From NCBI GenBank assembly GCA_030980935.1, contig GCA_030980935.1_3059.1: 64,000 bases of DNA. One strand, given 5' to 3'. This DNA is from a phage. Position numbers and translations under genes: made by a program. How positions within the stretch are numbered: position 1 is the first letter of the stretch; the number at the start of each line of letters is the position of its first letter. Below are positions 39,505-49,646 of this stretch, in pieces. The notes under the pieces are model-generated. The model did not search any database. It saw nothing but the letters and a program-made list of their open reading frames with translations, and was not told the origin of the DNA.

Positions 39505-40660
39505 TTAACTGCTCGAGGTCAGTTTCTAAATCAGCAGCTGATTTACTTTTACTTTCTGGAGATTTAAATTTTTCAACCTTTGAGTTAATCAATTCATCAA
39601 CTTCAGCTTCAACAATTTCATTACTATCAATAGCACCTAACTGATAAGCACGTTTAATAGCATCTCGGAATGGTTGATGCTTAAATAAAGGACCCCAGAA
39701 TGTAGTGCAGTTGGTATCTTTTGCACGCCAAGATTTTTCTTCGCGAATCATCTCGCCGGTTTCTTCATCAAGAAATTCACGAGCATACCAACCATTTTTA
39801 GGTTTTACCACGAATCCTAATTCTAGAGCCATATCTAACAATCCAGAATAAGGATCGATACCGCCGTCAAATTTAACATCAATAAAGAATTTACTTTTTT
39901 CTTTAACGGTACGAGATTTTTCTACATTTAGAACAAATTGATACCCTTGAAGATCAGAACCATCTTTAATTTGACGTTTACCGATAATGAATACAGTATC
40001 AGCCGAATACATTACGCCTGTACCACCTGTCATCACGGTTTTACTAAACATTTCAATTGTTTCAATTGTATGGTTAACCGCAACACATGGAATATTTTTA
40101 ATGCTAAAATAAGGAGTAACAATACGGAATAATGACTTCAGTGATTTAGCACGAGTCATATCTGCCACAGATTTTTCATTCAAGGCGTCTTCCGTTTCTT
40201 TCTTAGAAGCCATATTACCGATTGAGTCGATGAATACAATAACTTTTTCACCGCGCTCAATAGCTTCAAGCTGATTCACCATATCAATTTTCAGCTGTTC
40301 AACTGACTGGATTGGCGTATGAATTACTCGTTCCGGGTCAACTCCCATGGATCGCAAATAAGCTGGAGTAATACCAAATTCGCTATCATAGAATAGACAA
40401 ACCGCGTCAGGATATTTGTTCAAATATGCCGCAACCATAGTCAAAGACATATTTGATTTAAAGTGTTTAGAAGGCCCTGCGAAAATAGTTAAACCAGACT
40501 GCATGCCGCCATCAATCGCACCAGAAATAGCAATATTAAGCATTGGGATTTTTGTACGGATTACATCCTTTTCATTAAAGAATTTAGATGTAGTCAGTTC
40601 AGCAGTCATTTTAGAAGTGGAAGCTTTAATCAAACGGGATTTTAAATCTGCAATAGACAT
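39479..40660 (-). CDS. uvsX: Recombinase UvsX (RecA-like)
   Basis: 393 aa; RecA fold motifs, Walker A GPSKHFKS. Confidence 0.9.
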   Translation of the reverse strand: MSIADLKSRLIKASTSKMTAELTTSKFFNEKDVIRTKIPMLNIAISGAIDGGMQSGLTIFAGPSKHFKSNMSLTMVAAYLNKYPDAVCLFYDSEFGITPAYLRSMGVDPERVIHTPIQSVEQLKIDMVNQLEAIERGEKVIVFIDSIGNMASKKETEDALNEKSVADMTRAKSLKSLFRIVTPYFSIKNIPCVAVNHTIETIEMFSKTVMTGGTGVMYSADTVFIIGKRQIKDGSDLQGYQFVLNVEKSRTVKEKSKFFIDVKFDGGIDPYSGLLDMALELGFVVKPKNGWYAREFLDEETGEMIREEKSWRAKDTNCTTFWGPLFKHQPFRDAIKRAYQLGAIDSNEIVEAEVDELINSKVEKFKSPESKSKSAADLETDLEQLSDMEEFNE

Positions 40661-40737
40661 TCATTTTTTCCATAGGCATCATTATATTTTCCTCACTGGT
40701 TAAAGATAGAGTAATTATAACACAATAAATTTAGGCA

Positions 40738-41586
40738 TTAATCAACTGCTATTGGATGAATAGCATTAAACTTATGAAATGCTTCTGATTTTTCTTTACG
40801 CGAAACACACATGCGAAGAACCTTTAATGGCTCGTCTTCTTCACCCAACGATTTTCGTTTTTCAATATTCGATGTTTTCCAACGAGCTTGCTCTGGAAAC
40901 TCTCTATTGATCTGCTCAAGCGCTCTATTATGTTTAGAATTACTACGAATTGAACTGCACCCGCCAGGAGCTTGTGCTTTTCCAGATACAACCAGATATT
41001 TGAACAAGGCCAAATGCGGATAACCTTGATTAATTAAATTGAGAAATGCATACATATCTTCGCACAAATCAATTTTTCCATACCCAATTTGTTCTGTCGT
41101 AAGTTTTCCAAGGTCATACCATGTATTCGTGAATCCATATGAATTTTCACGATAATTACCCCAAGATGAAGTAATTTTAAAAATTGGTAGGCGAGCATGA
41201 CCATGATAATACCCGCAATCCATGGCATCTTCGACGTATTGAATCAATTCATAGAACTGTTCATGAGTCAATTGATTGACTTTATCTACACATCGGCGAT
41301 CATCTCTTTTTCGCATTGAACTCATACGAATAGTAGTATCATCGTCAATCATCCAGATTCGTTGACCTGCATACATATCAGTAATTGCTTTACGAGTACC
41401 GGCAATTCCGTTTACATCATCAGGAATAGTTATAATTTTAGCTCTAGACCCATAAGCATCATAATAAGCTTTTTCTTCGTGTTCACGCACTACAATATGG
41501 GGTTCATAATCAGTCGGAAACATATCAAGGGCAGAAACTGCCCCAACACGCTGATAGCTTGGAATTACGAATTGAATCATTTCCAC
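40738..41586 (-). CDS. GT-A-type glycosyltransferase at the beta-gt locus (not T4 beta-gt; possibly T2/T6-type beta-alpha-gt)
   Basis: 282 aa; DxD motif IWMIDDDTTIR; occupies the slot between uvsX and gene 42. Confidence 0.55.
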   Translation of the reverse strand: MEMIQFVIPSYQRVGAVSALDMFPTDYEPHIVVREHEEKAYYDAYGSRAKIITIPDDVNGIAGTRKAITDMYAGQRIWMIDDDTTIRMSSMRKRDDRRCVDKVNQLTHEQFYELIQYVEDAMDCGYYHGHARLPIFKITSSWGNYRENSYGFTNTWYDLGKLTTEQIGYGKIDLCEDMYAFLNLINQGYPHLALFKYLVVSGKAQAPGGCSSIRSNSKHNRALEQINREFPEQARWKTSNIEKRKSLGEEDEPLKVLRMCVSRKEKSEAFHKFNAIHPIAVD

Positions 41587-42317
41587 TCACCGTTATAGTC
41601 TTTTTTCACAATATGAGTTTCGCCAGTATTCCACCAATGATCAACCAAGTAAAAATGACGAGAATATACATGAAGACTTCCAACATTCCATATAATAGAA
41701 CCTGCTTTATACTGACGAGTTGAATCGCCTGCATTCAAATCAGATACTAATTTATCTAGTACGTATTTTTGCCATGCGTAATCATTACGGAATCCGAAGA
41801 CCACGTCATTTGAGCGCATGCTTACTACTGCATTGACTTTCTTATCACGAATCAGGTACTGTACTGTATTAGTACACATGAAATCTGACATACCGTCTTT
41901 ATTGTAATCAAATTGCATGGATGGACGAGTATAAATCATGATACCACGTCGAGAATCAGGATTTTGACCAAGTTCAGCTAAACACATATCATACTGGGCA
42001 TAGTTATCTTCTGACCAAATAGCCCAACCATAATTCGAGTTAATTTCGCCTTTAGAAGATGCTACCTGCTGCCAAATCTTTGGTGTTTCACCTGGAATAT
42101 CTTTAACAAACAGACTTTGAGACTTGTACCATTCAAGTTCACGCTGAATGTATTCATCATTAAGAGCACCAAAAATAAAAGGTTCATCTGCTACAAATGA
42201 TGCGCCAATAATTTCAATAGTTTTAACACCGGTTTTATCAACTACGAAATCTTTTTCTTTTAATGCAAGCCCCAAATGAAGACGGATTTCTTCAACTGTC
42301 ATAGAGTCACTAATCAT
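41577..42317 (-). CDS. 42: dCMP hydroxymethylase gp42
   Basis: 246 aa as T4 gp42; thymidylate-synthase-like fold. Confidence 0.9.
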   Translation of the reverse strand: MISDSMTVEEIRLHLGLALKEKDFVVDKTGVKTIEIIGASFVADEPFIFGALNDEYIQRELEWYKSQSLFVKDIPGETPKIWQQVASSKGEINSNYGWAIWSEDNYAQYDMCLAELGQNPDSRRGIMIYTRPSMQFDYNKDGMSDFMCTNTVQYLIRDKKVNAVVSMRSNDVVFGFRNDYAWQKYVLDKLVSDLNAGDSTRQYKAGSIIWNVGSLHVYSRHFYLVDHWWNTGETHIVKKDYNGEWK

Positions 42318-42470
42318 TTAAACCTCAATTGATACATTCATATTTAAATTGTAACAGTAATAAACCCCAACCTAAAATAATAGTTGGAATCATAAGAGGA
42401 ACCGTTACACTATAGTATATACTTATTATAATCATCAAGATTAAAAGCAACACTGTTATAATTTTGCTTT

Positions 42471-42722
42471 TCATTCCTTCTCTCTGATGATAATTACCTG
42501 ATTTGGCTGTGCAGACTTTTTAGTTTCACCCGCAATTGACCAAATAAATGTAATAAACCAACCAATAATTGACCAGTTAAACAGTAAAGATGTGAAAAAG
42601 ATTCCTACTGTCGATTTTGACCCACGCATCAAGGCGATAAACCATGGAAGCATGTATATAATAATAGCCAACACACCTGAAACTAAAACCATAAAAATTG
42701 AACCTGCTACTAAAGTTTCCAT
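42471..42722 (-). CDS. imm: Superinfection immunity protein Imm
   Basis: 83 aa, two TM segments, position 42-imm-43. Confidence 0.8.
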   Translation of the reverse strand: METLVAGSIFMVLVSGVLAIIIYMLPWFIALMRGSKSTVGIFFTSLLFNWSIIGWFITFIWSIAGETKKSAQPNQVIIIREKE

Positions 42723-42729
42723 GTTTTCC

Positions 42730-43110
42730 TCACTTAGTCAAATTTTTTACGCATGAATTATAAGAATTCACTACATACTCCATCGGAGCATTTTTACCAG
42801 TACGCCATTGGTAATTATTGGCCCAATTAGCCCAAAGCTCGGCGCAGTAGTTTTCAATTTTTTCTTCGCGTGTAATTACATCCGAATTACGATATGCTTG
42901 AGCAGATTCATCTGGACGAATAGCTTCGTCAAAATTCGCCTGCATTTGTTCGACTGTTTGCTTTGGAGCTTCTTTATAACACTTGACATTAGGATTATAA
43001 AATTTGCTTGAACAGTTTACAATTTTTCCTGCATCAGACTGATTTACTACCGGTCCTTGAGCTACACAACCAGTAAGACCTAATGCAATAACCAAAATAG
43101 CGATTTTCAT
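42730..43110 (-). CDS. Putative lipoprotein (imm.1-like)
   Basis: 126 aa; signal peptide with lipobox LTGC. Confidence 0.55.
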   Translation of the reverse strand: MKIAILVIALGLTGCVAQGPVVNQSDAGKIVNCSSKFYNPNVKCYKEAPKQTVEQMQANFDEAIRPDESAQAYRNSDVITREEKIENYCAELWANWANNYQWRTGKNAPMEYVVNSYNSCVKNLTK

Positions 43111-43120
43111 AATAATTTCC

Positions 43121-43357
43121 TCAAATGCAAGTAGTAATTACTCCAGTAGTGCTTATGCAGGTATTACCCATTTGCACACCTAAAGATCCATTTGTATTCA
43201 CATGAAGATTATCATCAATTTTAACTGATATTTTACCATTAGTGTGAATAACGGTGCTAGATTTAATCACAGGTTGAGTATCATTTTCAACACTAACAAA
43301 TGGAACTGCTACTAATGCAACTAAACAAACTGCTAAGCATCCCATAACAATTTTCAT
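43121..43357 (-). CDS. Small secreted protein (78 aa)
   Basis: True start MKIVMGCLAVCLVALVAVPF after TTG artefact; signal peptide; own promoter cassette. Confidence 0.5.
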   Translation of the reverse strand: MKIVMGCLAVCLVALVAVPFVSVENDTQPVIKSSTVIHTNGKISVKIDDNLHVNTNGSLGVQMGNTCISTTGVITTCI

Positions 43358-43440
43358 TTTATTCTCCAAATCTGTATCAGTAGTTGATAGTTGTATAGTA
43401 CCATGGAAGAACAGTCTTGTAAACAGTTTTGTGAAAATTT
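43358..43440 (-). promoter_or_regulatory. Early promoter cassette (PeSL-like)
   Basis: Repeat copy with GTTTAC -35 and TACTAT -10-like elements; ends in GGAGAATAAAATG. Confidence 0.5.
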
Positions 43441-43511
43441 TTTAGGGAATTCTAAAGATCCAGAATCATCTGTTTTTCATAAGTATAGATTTATATTACT
43501 TGTATGAAAAA

Positions 43512-43527
43512 GGGACCCGGAGGTCCC
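43512..43527 (-). other. Stem-loop downstream of gene 43
   Basis: GGGACC-CGGA-GGTCCC. Confidence 0.5.
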
Positions 43528-43540
43528 TAGATTTATTCTA

Positions 43541-46237
43541 TCAGCCAAACAGGAAGTCTAACGAAGCTTTTTCTTCATAGTCCATACCAGCCGATTCACA
43601 CATGCCCGCAAGCGGTTTAACAAACGATTTTTGGAACAAAGTTGAGTAGTCAATCCAAGACAGTACGTCAGAACGAATTTCTTTTGGAAGTTCTGTACCC
43701 GACGGCCAAGCAATGCACTTGTCACCAAATGGATTTCCTTCACGCAATGGAAGAACCATTACTTTATTTCCATCCAAAATTGGAGCTACACCCAGACCAC
43801 TAACAGCTCGACGATAAGTTAGCACCCCACGAATATGGAACGGGCATTTAAATCCTGGCCAACCTTTATCATCATATTTCGCTATATCGTTCGCAGTTTT
43901 TACTTCAGCAATAACTTTATAGTCAAGTTGACGATATTCTTTCTCGAAGTTTTTGTAATATTCTTGGACAGACTCTTCACCTTCCTGAAGAATACGACGA
44001 ATACTTTCTTCGAGAGCTTCTTGAACCGCTTTAGGCGTTGAACTTTGCTGAGTTTCCATACCCATGATTTTTAGATGCGGTTCAGCAAATCGCTTATCTT
44101 CCATATCATAAACGTTCAGAGCATAACGCTTTTTCGCTTTCCAAAATCCACCGACACCCTTTGAACCAAGCGGAGGGCAAGAAATAGCTTCACGGTCCAT
44201 ATGCATCAGATGCTCGCGGTTATTCATATAATCACATAACTCACGATATGCAACATCAATCATAGGTTCCATCTTTTTCTTACCGAACTGATTCATGAAT
44301 TCAACTAAATCGTTCTGCTCTTTGAATCGGTCAAGACCAACTTTTTCAATAACTTTATCTACACAAACATATACCGAATCAGTATCACCTGCTGCAATGA
44401 AATCTTCGCCATTAGTTCCGCATACTTTATTCAGATATTCATTAATTTTACGAGCAATCCACTGAATACCAACTTGGCCGAAAATTGTGATAGCAGTAGC
44501 ATTTCGCAAATCATAGTAACGGAAATGAATATTACCAAGAGCACCATAAAGACTGTTAATAAGAATTTTACGGTTCAGCTGATTTGTGTTAGCAAGTGTA
44601 GCCGCTTTTTCACATTCTTCAATCAAACTATTGAGAACAGATTCAGTATAATTCGATAGTTCATTTAAGAAATCATCACTGAACTTAACATATCGTTCAA
44701 CTTCAGGTTTAGTTGAACAAGACCCTGCGCCTTTCATAATAATCTTTTTAATAGCTTCGGCATTCATTTCTTCAGCGAACATTTTCTTTTTCCAATCTTT
44801 ACGCTGGAAAAATACTTTAGCGATTTCCTTTGGAATGATACCTTCTTGATGCTTATCGTACATCCATCCATTCGGAGAACAAGAATATTCATCACTCGGT
44901 TTAGGAGCTGTTCCTGCGATATATTCATGAATTGGATGAACTTTAAACTGACCACGAATAGTCTCAGGACTAATGTTAACCTGACGAATAATGCTCGGAT
45001 ACAGAGACGTCAAGTCAAAACTCATAATATATCGACGAGCAATTGGTTTAGGTTCAAACACAAATGCACCCGGAAAACTCTGTTTAACATGCGAACCTTG
45101 TTGAGGAATAACCTTGTGTTCACCTTTCAATGAGTTAAAAATAATAGCATCCCAGGTTTTAATAGGACTCATTACACCAGAAAAAGGCATTTTAGCGTAA
45201 TAAGACATACTTAAAACTAGATCGATAAACCCGCGAATTTTATCAATTGCTTGAACTGATTCTACGTCAATGATGTTATAACTAATGTATCGTTGATGAT
45301 TAGTCTCACGAAGTTTATTAATAGGACCGTCGTATGGTAATTTACCTTTTTTGGTTTCATGCTGAGCAACTGATTCCAAAGAGAATGACGGCAAATTAGT
45401 AAATGCGAATTTCTTATACAAATCTAAATAATCAAGAATAGATACGCCATCAATAGAATAAATTTCTTTGCTACCGTACATATTTTGGATAAGTTTAGAT
45501 TTTACTCGACCGATTGGAGAGAAGCGTTTCATACTACGTTCACCGAGAACCATTTTAACGCGATTCATGATATACGGAACGTCAAATCCCTCAATATTCC
45601 AACCAGTAAAAATAGCAGGTCGTTTCTGTTCCCAGAGATTGATATATTCCATGAGCATATCACGCTCATTATCGAATGGCATATAAATTACTCGGTCAAG
45701 AATTTCTTGAGGAACTTCATCACCACCTTCACAGTCAAGCTTAGCAGCTAACTTTGCATCCCATTTTGATACTGAACCATACATTGAATTCAAAAGGTCG
45801 AAAACATAAAAACGATCATCAATTGAATCATAATGAGTGATAGCATCAATTTCATATTCAGCTTTCATTGGGTCAGGAAATTTATCACCAGTAACCTCAA
45901 TGTCACAGTTAGCTACACGAACAAATTTTCGGTCATAAACAATTTCTGAACCGTATGTATCACTGATATAAGCGAGTTTAAAATCGTTCATACCGAGAGC
46001 TTCGAGACCGATGTCTTCCATTCGTTTCATCCAATCTCGAGCATCTTTCATTGATGGAAATTTTTGAGGAGCGCAGTTTTTACCATAGATGTCTTTGTAT
46101 TTTGACTCTTCCTTACAATGCCTAAACATAGTCGGAAGATATTCTACTTCACGAGTACGTTCCTTTCCGTTTTCATCAATGTAACGTTCAACAATGTTAT
46201 TTCCAACTGTTTCGATAGAGATATAAAATTCTTTCAT
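43541..46237 (-). CDS. 43: DNA polymerase gp43 (family B)
   Basis: 898 aa as T4 gp43; exo motifs and polymerase motifs (YGDTDS). Confidence 0.95.
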   Translation of the reverse strand: MKEFYISIETVGNNIVERYIDENGKERTREVEYLPTMFRHCKEESKYKDIYGKNCAPQKFPSMKDARDWMKRMEDIGLEALGMNDFKLAYISDTYGSEIVYDRKFVRVANCDIEVTGDKFPDPMKAEYEIDAITHYDSIDDRFYVFDLLNSMYGSVSKWDAKLAAKLDCEGGDEVPQEILDRVIYMPFDNERDMLMEYINLWEQKRPAIFTGWNIEGFDVPYIMNRVKMVLGERSMKRFSPIGRVKSKLIQNMYGSKEIYSIDGVSILDYLDLYKKFAFTNLPSFSLESVAQHETKKGKLPYDGPINKLRETNHQRYISYNIIDVESVQAIDKIRGFIDLVLSMSYYAKMPFSGVMSPIKTWDAIIFNSLKGEHKVIPQQGSHVKQSFPGAFVFEPKPIARRYIMSFDLTSLYPSIIRQVNISPETIRGQFKVHPIHEYIAGTAPKPSDEYSCSPNGWMYDKHQEGIIPKEIAKVFFQRKDWKKKMFAEEMNAEAIKKIIMKGAGSCSTKPEVERYVKFSDDFLNELSNYTESVLNSLIEECEKAATLANTNQLNRKILINSLYGALGNIHFRYYDLRNATAITIFGQVGIQWIARKINEYLNKVCGTNGEDFIAAGDTDSVYVCVDKVIEKVGLDRFKEQNDLVEFMNQFGKKKMEPMIDVAYRELCDYMNNREHLMHMDREAISCPPLGSKGVGGFWKAKKRYALNVYDMEDKRFAEPHLKIMGMETQQSSTPKAVQEALEESIRRILQEGEESVQEYYKNFEKEYRQLDYKVIAEVKTANDIAKYDDKGWPGFKCPFHIRGVLTYRRAVSGLGVAPILDGNKVMVLPLREGNPFGDKCIAWPSGTELPKEIRSDVLSWIDYSTLFQKSFVKPLAGMCESAGMDYEEKASLDFLFG

Positions 46238-46297
46238 AGATATTCCTTAGTTTATAGCCCGAGTTATTAGGCTCTTGATATATTATACTCCAAATAA

Positions 46298-46311
46298 GGG
46301 GCCGAAGCCCC
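46298..46311 (-). other. UUCG-tetraloop hairpin downstream of regA
   Basis: GGGGC-CGAA-GCCCC. Confidence 0.5.
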
Positions 46312-46315
46312 TTGC

Positions 46316-46684
46316 TTAATTACCAATCGTATATTTAGGAACGAGTTTCCATTCATGTTTTTGTTTAAAAGAAATAACTCGGAAGTTATTAGTTAAATCT
46401 TTCATAAAAGTTCTTTGACCAGGAACGATTTCAATCAGTCCCCAATCTTCTAACAGCCATGCAATCGAATCACGACGAACTTCATCTTCTTCTGTCATTT
46501 CAACTTGACGGCCATCCATACGAAGCATTTCTTTAAAATGAACAATATAGTATAGTCCTTTTTTCTGAAGAATATGACAGGACTGATACAGAACTTTATC
46601 TTTATTATTAGCAATTCCCATACGAGTCAAAGTTTCTTTTACTTTCAGAAAATCTTCAGGTTTTTTAAGAGTAATTTCAATCAT
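46316..46684 (-). CDS. regA: Translational repressor RegA
   Basis: 122 aa as T4 RegA. Confidence 0.9.
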   Translation of the reverse strand: MIEITLKKPEDFLKVKETLTRMGIANNKDKVLYQSCHILQKKGLYYIVHFKEMLRMDGRQVEMTEEDEVRRDSIAWLLEDWGLIEIVPGQRTFMKDLTNNFRVISFKQKHEWKLVPKYTIGN

Positions 46685-46685
46685 T

Positions 46686-47249
46686 TTACCATTCCAATGC
46701 TAGTTTTTTGAGTTGTTTCTGTTCTTTTACGTTCTTAGTCACTTCTTTCAAAAAATCATCCGTGACTAATCCTTTAAGTTCTTTTAATACTAAAGGCAGT
46801 TTTCCATTTTTAGTAAGAATTGATTTATAGTTAATTGCATCATTTGTATTAACTTGATACCGCTTAGCAAGTAACTTAATAATCAATACTTCGGTGGAAT
46901 CTTCAACTAGTTTTGCCCATTTACCATATCTTTTACCACGAGGAACTGCAGCCATTAGATAATTAAAATGAGCTTCATCGCTTAAACCTGATCCAATTAA
47001 ATTCATAGCATATACAGCTGGCATGCACTCCGGAAATTGTGATAATGCATTTTCAACCATGAATTTTGAATAATCTTTTTGAGCAATAGAGCATTTAGTT
47101 TTATTATTAATAGCTCCAATTATTTCAAAAAACTCATTTTCAGCTTTTTCTTTAAAAGAATCAGCAGCAGATTGGACAGCTGTCCAATCTTTTGAATACC
47201 AAGCAACTTGATGCTCGTTTAATTGAATATCATCTTCAAATAAGCTCAT
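46686..47249 (-). CDS. 62: Clamp loader small subunit gp62
   Basis: Track GTG start trimmed to ATG (MSLFEDDIQ, 187 aa as T4). Confidence 0.85.
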   Translation of the reverse strand: MSLFEDDIQLNEHQVAWYSKDWTAVQSAADSFKEKAENEFFEIIGAINNKTKCSIAQKDYSKFMVENALSQFPECMPAVYAMNLIGSGLSDEAHFNYLMAAVPRGKRYGKWAKLVEDSTEVLIIKLLAKRYQVNTNDAINYKSILTKNGKLPLVLKELKGLVTDDFLKEVTKNVKEQKQLKKLALEW

Positions 47250-47250
47250 A

Positions 47251-48210
47251 TCACTTCCACTGCATTTCACATGCTAACTGAATGAAAAGATAAGCTAGAT
47301 GCAATTCAGTATTAGCTGCAATACCATGATACTGATTATTTTCGCCGACAATTTCGTACATACGAATAATACTTTGTGGAGTTACACGTGAATAGATTTC
47401 TTCGGCAAGTTTACCCACGAACCACGAATAATCGGCTGCGTATTTTGGTGCTAAAGCTCTGAGTTGTTTAACATCTTTATTTTTGAGAGACTCAAGAACA
47501 TCATCAATAGCACCACGATCGTTAGTAACCAGTGATAAAATACCAGCATCCAAAACACCTTTAGATGAATAACTATCGAGCTCGCCAATAGTTTTACGAA
47601 AATCAGGAAAATTCTTTTTAACCAAAGCTGCTACAACTTTCATATCAGCTATAGCAATTCCTTCATGCTTACAGATTTCAGTCAACCGACGAATCATCTG
47701 CTTCATCATTTCAATTTTATCTTCATCGGTCGGTTGACCGAATGTGATAACTCGACAGCGTGACTGAAGCGGTTTAATAATACCATCAATATTGTTAGCA
47801 GTAATAATAATACTACAGTTTGAACTATAAGCTTCCATAAAGGAACGAAGATGTCGCTGAGATTCTGCTAAACCTGAACGGTCAAATTCATCAATAACAA
47901 TTACCTTTTGACGACCATCAAATGAAGCGGCGCTGGCAAAATTAGTCAAAGGACCACGAACGAAATCAATTTTACAATCTGATCCATTCACAAACATCAT
48001 ATCAGCATTTACATCATGACACAATGCTTTTGCTACAGTTGTTTTACCTGTTCCTGGAGAAGGAGAATGAAGAATAATATGTGGAATCTTACCTTTACTT
48101 GTAATAGATTTAAAGGTTTCTTTATCAAAGGCGGGAAGAATACATTCATCGATAGTAGATGGACGATATTTCTGTTCAAGAATGTGTTCTTTTTCATTTA
48201 CGGTAATCAT
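47251..48210 (-). CDS. 44: Clamp loader ATPase gp44
   Basis: Track TTG start trimmed to ATG (MITVNEKE, 319 aa); Walker A SPGTGKTT. Confidence 0.9.
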
Positions 48211-48245
48211 AATTTCCTCATTCAAGTTTTAGTGTAAATTATAAA

Positions 48246-48257
48246 GGGCCGAAGCCC
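48246..48257 (-). other. UUCG-tetraloop hairpin downstream of gene 45
   Basis: GGGC-CGAA-GCCC. Confidence 0.5.
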
Positions 48258-48261
48258 TCTA

Positions 48262-48948
48262 TTAAAAATCGTGGGTAGAATCAGCTTCAAGAGCTACTAC
48301 ATAATTCGCGTGTTCACCTTCAAATTTAGCAGCACCCTGTTTACCTTTTGCCCAAAGCAGAAGTTTGTAATTTCCTGGTTGCATTTTCATATTTGCCATA
48401 TTGATAATGAAATTAAATGTATTTTCACCATCATAATCACCAAGAGTCAAAGAATATTTAACGCGGGTCAAAGCAGAATCTTCTACTTTATTAAAACCGT
48501 TAATTACGATTTTACCTTCTTTTACCGTGATAGCAATTGTATCAATTTGCAGACCACGAGATACACGCAACAGTTGTTGAAGGTCTTCAGCTTTAATTTC
48601 AGTAACAACAGATGCTACCGGGAATGGAATTGGTTTATTAGGAGCAACTACTGTACTCGGATCGGCTGCTGGCCAAAAAATTGTTGAGCGGGCATCAGCA
48701 ATTTTAATATTTCCATCTTCTGACTGGGAAATTTCTGCATCATCATTAACTAGAGACAGAATACCGAGAAAACCGTTCAAATCGTAAATTGCTACATCAA
48801 AATCAATAACGTCAGAAATATTTGCTTCCGCATAAGTTGTACCATTAACCGCACGAGTCATAATAAATTGACCGGATTTAAGCATAATACCGGAGTTAAT
48901 AGTAGCGAAATTTTTAAGCAGAGCAGTAGTATCTTTAGACAGTTTCAT
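48262..48948 (-). CDS. 45: Sliding clamp gp45
   Basis: 228 aa as T4 gp45. Confidence 0.9.
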   Translation of the reverse strand: MKLSKDTTALLKNFATINSGIMLKSGQFIMTRAVNGTTYAEANISDVIDFDVAIYDLNGFLGILSLVNDDAEISQSEDGNIKIADARSTIFWPAADPSTVVAPNKPIPFPVASVVTEIKAEDLQQLLRVSRGLQIDTIAITVKEGKIVINGFNKVEDSALTRVKYSLTLGDYDGENTFNFIINMANMKMQPGNYKLLLWAKGKQGAAKFEGEHANYVVALEADSTHDF

Positions 48949-48974
48949 GTAATTTCCTTCAATTCAAATGAGAT

Positions 48975-49005
48975 TTAATTTTATAACTAATTTAATAAAG
49001 CAATT
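48975..49005 (-). promoter_or_regulatory. Possible MotA-dependent middle promoter upstream of gene 45
   Basis: Minus strand reads ttGCTTTAtt then TATAAAAT; spacing slightly short of canonical. Confidence 0.3.
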
Positions 49006-49393
49006 AACGATTAAAATCAGCTGCGATTGTTTCGGCAACAATTTGAGCAGCAACAATTAGACGTTCATCTGCATTACCACAATAATCATCTTCAAGGCGT
49101 TCACCACATGAAGTCATAATAAATTTAGCACCGGCGTTTAGGGATTCTGCAGTATGTTTGCGCATTAGTTCAATCCATTTATTACTTACTTCACGATCGA
49201 TAGCTTCATAATACGCATGACGAGCAGGTGCAGATTTAATTTTGTTCTGAATAACTTCCATTGCGTTATCAGAAAGAGACAAAACCCATGCGCGACGAAT
49301 TTTATTTTGGTTTTGCGGATTTGAGTCAGAACGCACGTGTTTTGGCTGAATATCTTTTACATCAACAGTATAATTCACAGTAATTTTAGTCAT
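49004..49393 (-). CDS. rpbA: RNA polymerase-binding protein RpbA
   Basis: 129 aa, position 45-rpbA-46. Confidence 0.7.
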   Translation of the reverse strand: MTKITVNYTVDVKDIQPKHVRSDSNPQNQNKIRRAWVLSLSDNAMEVIQNKIKSAPARHAYYEAIDREVSNKWIELMRKHTAESLNAGAKFIMTSCGERLEDDYCGNADERLIVAAQIVAETIAADFNR

Positions 49394-49402
49394 AATACAC
49401 CT

Positions 49403-49591
49403 TTAGTCATAATAATCAGTAACAGTCCAAGCTTCATTTCTATTGGACATTATTTTTGTATATTCTGCTTTAAATGCATTCCTAAGCATAGATTCAGTAA
49501 CTATATGCTCTTCATTAGAAAAATTATTTCTCAGAATATATCGTTTTATTTCAGGAAAAGTTAATAGATGCTGTCCAGTTGAATATTCCAT
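49403..49591 (-). CDS. 45.2-like small protein
   Basis: 62 aa ORF. Confidence 0.55.
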   Translation of the reverse strand: MEYSTGQHLLTFPEIKRYILRNNFSNEEHIVTESMLRNAFKAEYTKIMSNRNEAWTVTDYYD

Positions 49592-49646
49592 GTTTTTCCT
49601 CCATAGAGATTATACTCTAATAAATTAAAGCATAATCTCTTATAAA

